Assembly (NCBI GenBank): GCA_964019425.1 | Contig: OZ025792.1 | Coordinates: 310,001 to 374,000, forward strand | Length of the DNA: 64,000 bases | Source of the DNA: Flectonema sp. DT1601 | Lineage: Eukaryota | Reading direction: 5' to 3' | In this document: one piece after another, positions 33,695 to 42,798 of the stretch | How positions within the stretch are numbered: the first letter of the stretch is position 1 | Layout: each line of letters opens with the position of its first letter | Notes under the pieces: model-generated | Seen by the model: only the letters and a program-made list of their open reading frames with translations | Databases searched by the model: none | What the model was told of the DNA's origin: nothing | Program-made: the position numbers and the translations under genes

Positions 33695-36600
33695 TTAAAC
33701 TGCTTTAGTTGCAGGTTTGCAAGCGGAAGAGTTTCTAATTTCATCAGCGATTTCAAGAAGATCTGCGCATCTCTCTTCGCATTCTTCACTTAGTACGCAA
33801 CATAATATCAGGACTCTATTATCTATAAGAGTTACTAGTTTAACCCTTACGTAATCAGTGTGTTGATGAATAGAAACATAATGTCTCAAAGTAGAAGAAT
33901 TATTAGTATCTACTGTAGAGCATCTCAGTGATAAAACAGTATCGATATTATCATATGGTATGAGGATATTGCCGAATGGTACATGATAGCCAGCAACAAG
34001 AGGCTCATCTGACTCTTTCCACTTGTCCATTGGTATGTGAATGCTATCAATATGTTTGACACGTGATTCAGGGATTAGCATCCCCGCTCGATTTGTTGGT
34101 ACGTTATGAAAATCTCTTGTTTCGTTACTGTCACAGAAGAAGCGAGTTCCAAGTTCTAGATACATCCATATTTGATTGTCAGGTTTGTCTTTTTGAATTG
34201 TATTCACCCAGCCTTTCATTTTGTTTGCTACCCGATCTTTTAGAGGACTGATTTTCGCATATTCCGGTTTATAGTTTTCTCTTCTGGTAACATCGGCATC
34301 CCTCGCACTGATACAGCGCATGACATACTCGCTGCCGCTCTTAAGAAATGTCATATATTGAAATGGACCAATGACAACCCAGTAGTCATCACGAGATACG
34401 AAAGATTCAACTCCTGATGCTATTATTCTGCGATGAAGTTCTTCGAGGTCGTGCATGACATCAGTGTGACTGGTCACGTTAACTGCTGCTGCGAATATCT
34501 CAAAAGTAAAAGGCTCTTCTATCTCACCCAATGACCACATGAATAATTTCTTAAAGAATAATGGATTTCTACTAATGCGTTTTATCGCATTTTCGTCCAG
34601 TTTCAGGGATTTTGATTTTACAACACGTTCACCTCGTACGCATGCTATAATATCTCCATCATCATCCGACAGGGATTGGATGTTACGTAACGCGTTGGTT
34701 GTGTCATTGGTGAGAGCTTTCTTAAATGATTCGAGTTTCTCAAGAAGTTTCATCACATCAAGTAGACTCATGAGTTTTGGAGGATCAGTGATGTGATTCA
34801 GATGTTTTAGTTTCCTGTAGATTTCGATTCTTAGATTTTCTTTCTCTTCTCTTTCCCTTTCACTTTGATCTGATGTTGCCAACGGAGACGTGTCAAACAA
34901 ATTAGCTGCGTCACCAATCCATCTCATTAACAGCAACCACCGAAGAGTATTTTCCTTTTCTTGAAATCGCTGCTCAGGTTTTCCTTGTTTAATTGTCGCA
35001 GGAAACATTTCAATTACCTCACCTTTTAGATATAATGTGAGACTTAGCTGACCTTGATGTTCTTTTATTATCTGTAATTTTTTAATATCTTTCCAAGTGT
35101 CATCATTTACATCTACAGTCATAATCATTTTTGACTTGTCCCAGTGAGATGTTATTTCTGAGAGTTTGACCTCAGCATTTACGTTTTTTCGAAGTGCTGC
35201 TAATAAATCAACTCGTGCGCCTAATTCGTTACATGTTACAAGTCTGACATGAACTTCAGATGTCTGGTGATAAGCCCCAGCTACAGTCATGCTGATGCCT
35301 TCTTGTTCAGTGTGAAGGGTGATCATAGAATTCTTACGTAACTTTTCTTTAATAGTATCGATGGAACCAAGTTGACAAGGGTATCGGAGAGTTACAATAT
35401 CTTGTTCTCCGTTTTCATACGAAATGTCGTCCTGAATAATTTCACACAAATCAGAACCCTCGTCAGACAAGACACCTCTCAATAAAGCAACAATCGATCG
35501 GCTTACTTCCATCCTTCGTAGATGTTGTTCCCACAGAGTTCCCATCAAGTGTTCAAAGATAGTAATACTTTTTGATTCTTTAGCAGGCGACCATCTTAAG
35601 GAAATAACTGATTTTGTTGGAGGCTGGAGTACTTCGTAGTCGGGTAATGAAAAAGACTTTAAGGATTCTTCTACGGGAGATTCTTTTGTTTTCTTTCCAT
35701 CCAATTCTTCTTGCGATCCCTCTTCTTTTAGAATAGAGAACACTAAAAAACAATATGATGAACCCTTAGAGATACCAGGAACCGAATCACCAGCAACTTG
35801 TGAAAGCAAAGGACTACTTGTTACGGTTCCTGTTGGAAAGGCAAATCGAAGCCAGGAGCACAAGTTTTCAGAAATGATATTCCGTTCACGTTTATCTAAA
35901 CTGAATAAGGAATGATTTAGTACGAAAACACCAGTTGTTTCATTCACTCGAGGTGGACTACTAATGAAGGCGTCAACTCTCTCCCACAGAGTGTAGAATA
36001 TTTCATTTGTCCTGAGAGCGAAATCCGTATTCTTTTCTTCTTCGTGACATTTTCGAAGCTGTTCTGAAATCCTTTCGACGTTGGGATTAATAACCTCATG
36101 GTATCTTTTAGCTTCCCAAATGTTGTGTATTGTGGTGGCGGTGCTGGATGGCTTTCTCGCACGTCCAACAATCTGAAGAAAAGATGTTTCCGATCTTGCA
36201 ACTCCACAGAATAGAATCACTCGATCACAATCACAGATATCAATACCTTCTTCAAGTACTGTTGTGCAGACCAGTATGTTACACTTACCTTCAGATGCTC
36301 CAAATTCTTTTAAAACTTCTTCTTGTTGAGCTTGTCCTTCCCATGTCATACCAATGCTACCAGCTCTCTTTCCGTGACCGACTATTTTTAGTATCTTCCT
36401 TCTCATTTTAGTCTTTAATACTTGTACAAGTGCGTCGACCACTGATCTACTACCATCTACCAGTATTAGAGTAACAGAGTCTTTATCAACCTCTTTAAGA
36501 AGTTCAAGCAGAGCAGTCAGTCTTGGTGAGTCTGCTACCTCATAGTCTCCTTCAATTCTGTCCGAGCGATGTTTGCTAGCCTTCTTTTTTTCTAAGTAGT

Positions 36601-39600
36601 CACGAGCAAACTCGGCACCCCAATAATCAAGATGCAATAGAGCCTCGCATATAGCTGTTATTTCTTTCTGGTTCTTACTGCTTCCCTTGCGAGCATTTCC
36701 TAAGAATTGACTTACTACAGCACCTCTGCTGCAAGTCATCTCGTCACCTAGAAGAGAATATTCATAGTCGCTAAGTCCTTTTTTCGGTAAATTAAGTTCC
36801 ACGAGACGCCTTGCTTGTTCGCTGAAGAATTCACGCTGCTTACTTTTAATCTCAATTTGTTTGTCAGCCTTTTTTTTTTTTTTTTTTTTTTTTTTCTTGT
36901 TCTCTCTTTACAGTAAAAATAAATAAATAAATAAATAAAAGGTATGCCAAATAAATAAAAATCGAAATTACGCACGTTTGTTTGTGCACGAAACTGTGAA
37001 CCGACTTAAACTGATAAAGCTAAAGGAGGTTTACGTGTGCTGCCAACATTCTTTTTCGTTCTTACAATACTTGTTAAACGAAAAAAAAGAATTGGCTTTA
37101 TCTTAAACTATACAGAAAATAGTAACACTGTGATGTTTTGTTTGTGCACGAAACGGGACCCCTTTCCAGTGGATTGTTCGTGGCCGTCGTGAGTAGTTTG
37201 ATATGGTATCTATCAAAGTTGGGAGAATAACGGTCTTTTATGAGATAATAAACCGATGCGATGCGGTGTTCGTTCTTCTTGTGTATCATTTCTTAGTATG
37301 CTTCATCTTCCAGTTCCCTTCCGGAACAGGCCCCCAGATCGTGTGGATTTTCCTCCATTCAATACTTCCTCTTTCCTCCGACCTCCTTCCCAGAAAAACG
37401 GCGTTTCCGGTCGCCACCGCTCATCGACTCACCCTCATGGGCTTGCCCCGGGAGAGTCCGCATTGTCTCCTTCATTGCGAGACCAATTAGCCGCTCCGTA
37501 TACTCCCCGTATCGGAACTTCTTGAGGTAACCCTCATACGCGCCGGTCATCTTCCTGTTCTTCGTCGAGAACAGCAGGTCCTCCATGCGGTCCACCGCAA
37601 CCTGCAACGTCTGCCTGACGTGTCTTGAGCTGTTGGAGACCGGCAGCAGGCCGTCAACCATCCTCAGCAAGTGTCGCATTTCGTGCGACAACGCCCCCCC
37701 GCCCTCCGCAGAAGTCTCCGGAATCGATTTTCCGTTGACCGTACCGTAGCGCTGTTGCAAACATGCAAACACGTAATTCAGGCCGGAAGAGGTTCTTAGG
37801 TTTTCCAACCATGTGACAACCCTACGTGGGTCCATTGTCATTCTCTCTACCACAGTTAATTCCTTAACTGTCTCCGCAACTGGAATCGTTGCGCTAATAA
37901 CCCGTCCTTCCGGAACGAGCAATGCATATGGGGCTCCATTCCGGAGCTCAAACCCACATGGAGGACACACCCATTCCTGGGATGCCTCAGGCAACCACCC
38001 GGCATGGGTGATTTCGTCGTTGCCTGACCGGGTCTTGAGACATTCCGTCTCACCCGTTTCACCGCATCGGTGACAGTTTGTTCCATTCGGATGTATTTCT
38101 CCGCATAACGGAAACACACAGCATTGGTCTGTCGCTGACGGATGCGCTCCTTTAGGGATATAAGGCACCTCGACAATTAACCAGTCGAATTCTTGTAGGA
38201 TATCTACTTCATTTGACATTTTGTGAGTTTTGATTGCGCACGAAACCGTGAACTGACTTAAACTGATAAAGCTAAATGAGGTTTACGTGTGCCAACATTC
38301 TTTTTCGTTCTTACAATACATTGTTAAATGCAAAAAAGAAAAGTATGTCAAATAAATAAAAATCGAAATTACACACCCGTTTTATGGTACTCTCTGTCCA
38401 CTTTGGTAGTGTCATATTGGCCTCAATCTCAGACAAGAGAGCATTACGTATTTTTTCTTCTCCTGGGGAGGCTGTAAGCCCGATTATACGTATTCGTGAT
38501 CCGCTGTTGTTAAGCTCATAGTCAGTCTTGAAAAACTTTCTCGTCAGCTTTGCGTAAGGATGATCTTTTTTGATATGATGTGCCTCGTCAAACACAGCAA
38601 CAGAGAATAACGTGCTGCTAATATTATAATCGTCAAGCAAGTTTCTAAAAGCGTCAACGGTTGCAATAATTACATCTTTTTCTCTATATCTAATGTTACG
38701 ACTAGCCTCATCGAGATTACGTTGACCACAAACTTCAATAACACTAAGCCCAAAGTAATTTCTTATAGAATTCGAATGTTGATACAGCAACGGTACGGTA
38801 TTCACTAACAAAACTGGATACTTAGTAGGAATTAACTCTTTGTACTTCAGCATGACCATACCTGCAACAAAAGTCTTTCCAGATCCTGTGGGTAAAGCCA
38901 CCAACGTATTTCGTTGCATACATGTAGCATATGCCTTGAGCTGATAGTCGTAAGGTTTTATTAATAAGCTGCGTGGGAGGTAAAAATCCCGTGAGACATT
39001 TGGAGTTTTAAATTCATACTCGTATCTCGGTAGTACTTTATTTCTGTTGCTCTTTAGTAGTTCATTGTATATTGGTAAGTCTGTTATTTTCTTGTAAGCC
39101 TTTCCATAAAATACAACCCTGTCTATTCTGACATAGAGATTTTCTCCTAAAGGTTGACTGCAACCTTTGCATTTGGTACGCAAAATTGAAACTTCTGTTG
39201 TTGGTTGTTTCGTTACTGACTGATTGTATTCGCGTTCTCCTTTGCGATGAATCCGAAGACGATCATCGTTTGTGACTATTAGGTTGTTTTCATTACTGAA
39301 GTCACCCAGTTCAATATCTCTCGGGGCTGCTCGCGGAGTAAAGTCATTTATGAGTTTATTTTGACAATAGCTGCATCTTAGAAAAACTGGATCTCCTTGA
39401 GGGATATTTCCAGCATCACCCGGATTTAATTCAATCGCACTTACTATTCTCCGAATAGCTAATCGATGTCCCAAACTATGTATTGATAATTCATTCTTAA
39501 AGTCACTAAGAGACATTTTTCTCGCAATCGAAAGAGTTATATTTTTTTCGATTAAAGTCGAAGCATACTGTTTTAAATCCGATTTTTCCTTTCCTAAAAT

Positions 39601-39855
39601 CTCAGTAAATTCCTGAGAATTTGAATCATCAATATATTTTATGCTCTTTGCGGGTTTGTCTTCATATAACATTTTTGCGTGCTTAATGAGGTGCTTCACT
39701 AGTTTTGTATCAGTTATGTGCAGCTCTTCTTCAAACATCTTCTTGGAAATACAACAAAAAGCTTCTTCATCGATATGGTTCTCAAGAAATACCTGCTCAC
39801 ACTTGAAATGTCTCACACTTTTCTTTAAACAATTAATTAAATCATCACAGTCCAT
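33695..39855 (-). CDS. RIG-I/Dicer-family SF2 helicase with two N-terminal SAM-like domains and a Zn module; 2 exons (38377-39855, 33695-36868), ~1550 aa
   Basis: Exon 1 carries YDYQ, ALPTGSGKT, VFDEAHH and GLTASP; exon 2 carries IVGHG, TTVLEEGIDI and QIVGRAR. The phase-0 intron GTGTGT(38376)...AAAAG(36869) gives TIKR|ADKQIEIK in frame. Confidence 0.85.
36942..36975. repeat. 34-bp duplicate of the intron 5' end (other copy 38343-38376)
   Basis: GTATGCCAAATAAATAAAAATCGAAATTACGCAC versus GTATGTCAAATAAATAAAAATCGAAATTACACAC, 32/34 identical. Confidence 0.9.
36976..38342 (-). mobile_element. Repeat-bounded mobile element inserted in the helicase intron
   Basis: Direct repeats of ~115 bp at 36976-37091 and ~38226-38340, an extra partial copy at 37129-37154, a GC-richer core (37155-38221) and flanking 34-bp duplications. 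Confidence 0.75.
37359..38219 (-). CDS. PHD-like zinc-finger ORF (Gag/ORF1-like) inside the intronic element, 286 aa
   Basis: C-x4-C...CHRC...ETEC...WVCPPC follows PHD spacing with His replaced by Glu; basic C-terminus; composition differs from the host gene. Confidence 0.65.
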   Translation of the reverse strand: MSNEVDILQEFDWLIVEVPYIPKGAHPSATDQCCVFPLCGEIHPNGTNCHRCGETGETECLKTRSGNDEITHAGWLPEASQEWVCPPCGFELRNGAPYALLVPEGRVISATIPVAETVKELTVVERMTMDPRRVVTWLENLRTSSGLNYVFACLQQRYGTVNGKSIPETSAEGGGALSHEMRHLLRMVDGLLPVSNSSRHVRQTLQVAVDRMEDLLFSTKNRKMTGAYEGYLKKFRYGEYTERLIGLAMKETMRTLPGQAHEGESMSGGDRKRRFSGKEVGGKRKY

Positions 39856-40465
39856 CTCTTCGCTTTCTCCTCCCTCCCCCTGGTAGAAAAAATAATAGTG
39901 AAAAATGTATGTTCTGGTACCCTTTGAAAACCAGTTTTGTTTTAGTGCTGTATGAGATTCCTTATTATTTTTATTTTTTTATTTTATTTTTTTGGTCAAT
40001 ACAACAAAAATAACAAACTTAGAGAAATAGGATACAAAAAAAACGAAAAAATGTGTCTTTTTTCTCGTACGGTAGCCTTCTTTACAGAGAAAGCAATATA
40101 GTCACATGGAAAAAAAAAAGTGAACGAGAACGAGCGGGTCTCAACGATGACGGAGTTCGCCGCATTTCGTTGGTCCAGTTGGTGCCATTCAACATCGAAA
40201 AAAGGGGAAGTAAAAAAAAAAAAAACGGCGGGGGATATACTAGTTATTATTAACTAATTACTACACCACACTGCAATTTCTCATTACTGGCAATCAAGTA
40301 AGAGAAATGTGACGCCACGATGGCTGTCAATTTTTGTATATCTGCCTTCGAATTATGGCTTTTTGATCACATCGAACCACTGCAATGTCAGTAAAAAATA
40401 AATATAGACCAGTGGGACAACAATGGAATACTTTATACGTGAAATGGATAAATTCAACAGCTGAA

Positions 40466-41527
40466 CTACAGTTTAGATTTCTGTTCACTCATGAGGAGGG
40501 TACCTGCCCTTAAAAGGTCTGCAGAAAGATCCTCAAAAGATTCAAGACCAACAGACAAACGCAATAAAGTTTTTGGGATTGATTTGTCCCATCTGTACCT
40601 CCACTCAATTAACGACTCAACAGATCCAAGAGATGTTGCTGCGGTAATAATATTTAATTTACTAGGAAATGTTTCACCACCTTCAGGCGCAGCGACTTCA
40701 AAGGCTAAGACACCTCCAAAAGTTGACATGGTACGCAATGCTGTCTCATGTCCAGGATGACCTTTTAAAGATGGATGCCAAACCTTCGTGACAAATGATT
40801 GTGATGAGAGCCAAGCTGCGAGTCTAGTTGCTGTTCTACTCTGTTCTTCAATACGGATTTTAAGGGTCTTCAGACTACGAAGAAGTAACCAGGTATCAAG
40901 GGATCCAGGAGTGTTTCCTGCTATGACTCTGAAAGTGTATAATTTCTCAAGAGTATCTTTGTTTCCACAGGATACGATTCCTCCAACAGAGTCTGAGTGA
41001 CCATTCAAGAACTTTGTTGAACTGTGAACCACATAATCCGATCCTTGCAAAATAGGTTGCTGAACAGGAGCCGGAGCAAATGTCGCATCAGTGCAAACTA
41101 TTACACCCTCTGCAAGTGTTTTCTTAACAGCAGCAATATCAGTAATTTCACAATAAGGATTGTTTGGAGTCTCAAGCCAGCATACGTCACCAGCTCTAAG
41201 TGATGACTGTTCGACGACCTCAATTCCAAGCAAGTCAATAACCTGCTTTGTGCCATGGTATCCTTGTCCTACGCTAATTCTGGTAGGCTTTAATACTGAG
41301 AGAAGAGAATGAGCTGCTGCTTGTCCACTTGAGAACATTACGGATCCTTCAGCTGCGTCTAGCTTTGCGAGAATGCTTTCAACAGAGTCTCTGACATCGT
41401 GTGATCCTTTCATTCTCCAGTAGACCTTATCAGATGTGTTTTTGTACGTTGCTGATACTGTTAGCGGGTAAGCGACATCTGTAGCGTGACTCTGTCCTCC
41501 ATGAACACATATCGTTGAGGATGTCAT
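40466..41527 (-). CDS. Cys/Met metabolism PLP enzyme (cystathionine gamma-lyase/synthase family) with C-terminal PTS1
   Basis: FSSGQAA, WLETPNNP, DATFA, HSSTKFLNGHSD (PLP lysine), SLGSVESL and LLRLSVGLE; ends in SKL. Confidence 0.92.
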   Translation of the reverse strand: MTSSTICVHGGQSHATDVAYPLTVSATYKNTSDKVYWRMKGSHDVRDSVESILAKLDAAEGSVMFSSGQAAAHSLLSVLKPTRISVGQGYHGTKQVIDLLGIEVVEQSSLRAGDVCWLETPNNPYCEITDIAAVKKTLAEGVIVCTDATFAPAPVQQPILQGSDYVVHSSTKFLNGHSDSVGGIVSCGNKDTLEKLYTFRVIAGNTPGSLDTWLLLRSLKTLKIRIEEQSRTATRLAAWLSSQSFVTKVWHPSLKGHPGHETALRTMSTFGGVLAFEVAAPEGGETFPSKLNIITAATSLGSVESLIEWRYRWDKSIPKTLLRLSVGLESFEDLSADLLRAGTLLMSEQKSKL

Positions 41528-41799
41528 AATTTGTTATGCCTGTCATAGTTAGCAGTGAATAGTATAAGATTTATAACCTACTGATGTCTGTTCACATGTT
41601 CTATCTCACAGTCAGTCTGCCATAGAATGACAAAACAATTGCAAAAGAATAACAAACTAATAGAAGTACCTAACTAGTTAGATCGGAAACAGAATTTAAG
41701 CCGAAATAAAACGACCATTTTGATAACAGAAACAAAACTTGATAATGATAGGAAGACTTACTTTTTGCCGTCTACTTTCAATACTACCGCTGAGCCGTT

Positions 41800-42665
41800 T
41801 CAAATTTCCCAATGCCTTTCAAAAGCATTGCTTATTTTGTGAATAAGACTGATGGGTGAGGTCTGTTTTTTTATATAATTTATTTAAAACAATTAATGAT
41901 GTTAAGTATAAATAGCATCATATGAAATGAAAAACATACCTCGTACTGAGTTATGCAGACTCTGTTGGTAACGTAATCTCCAAAACCTTCTTCGTCATCA
42001 GGCCAAACTGCGTTATCACGACACTGGACAACGAAGTATGCAACTGGGCCTCGTCCCTTATGAGTTGAATCAATCTCCTCTACTAGATCGTAAGGGTTTC
42101 TTGGTGTTAGTGACTCAGTGTTACACAGTCCGTATACCTGAGCATTTTCCGGTACCAATTGACGAACAGGATAATTCAACACCTTGAAAAGTGGTTGATC
42201 TGTCTCTGGATTAACAACCTTTCCCTGATCAATCAATTGTGATATGAGACCAGCAAAACGTTTAAAGGTACGAGGGATTCTGGTAGTAGGTGATACCTCT
42301 ATGGCCTTTTGTTTTATCGTATTTATGTATACTTGAACGTGACCTTCTTTACAAAGTGGCATGTCATATATTGCCAATAATGCTTGGTGGACGATGTCTG
42401 GTCTAAAGAGCCAGGTAGGCTGTCCTTTGGCGTCTAAAAAGTTTCCGTCTTTGTCGTGAGACAGAACTTGGTTCTTTCTTTTTCCAATATCGGTAATGGC
42501 AATTCCAGCACTCTCCAAAACAACTACTATCTTACCAGCTTCCTTCTTGCGTTTGATTTTGTTTTCAGCTACAGGAGCTTTTCTTTTCTCAACTTTCTGA
42601 TCCACGTCATTACTCTTCTTCTCCGGTTCACTCTTTTTGACAACTGTCTTCTTTTTGGTCGGCAT
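41800..42665 (-). CDS. EMG1: 18S rRNA pseudouridine methyltransferase Nep1/Emg1; 2 exons (41940-42665, 41800-41862)
   Basis: RPDIVHQALL and RIPRTFKRFAGL motifs. The intron GTATGT...AAAAAAACAG (41863-41939) restores the C-terminus ...ISNAFERHWEI*. Confidence 0.92.
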
Positions 42666-42798
42666 GACAATTGACAATCTGTGATGAGAAATATAAATTC
42701 AATTCAAACAAAATGACTATCCCTGACATAAGCAGAAAGCAGTAGAGGAGGAGGAGGAAGGGTGGTGTAAATTAGTAGCCTACTCGGCCAACAATAAA

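Noticed and set aside
37105..37145. Spliced-leader-like stretch AACAAAAC...TTTCTGTA in the repeat unit
   Set aside because: Short match with no TTG|GTA donor after it, and absent from the 10831 copy.
37128..37154. TGATG...GAAAC as a hammerhead in the intronic repeat
   Set aside because: No CTGANGA core, and stems I-III cannot be formed.
38258..38269. TTATCAGTTTAA (minus strand) matching a U2 snRNA segment
   Set aside because: Only ~12 nt match; no branch-pairing GTAGTA or U2 5' stem.
33695..39855. Calling the helicase Dicer, or two separate genes/pseudogene
   Set aside because: No canonical RNase III/PAZ is visible, and a phase-compatible GT-AG intron joins complementary helicase halves.
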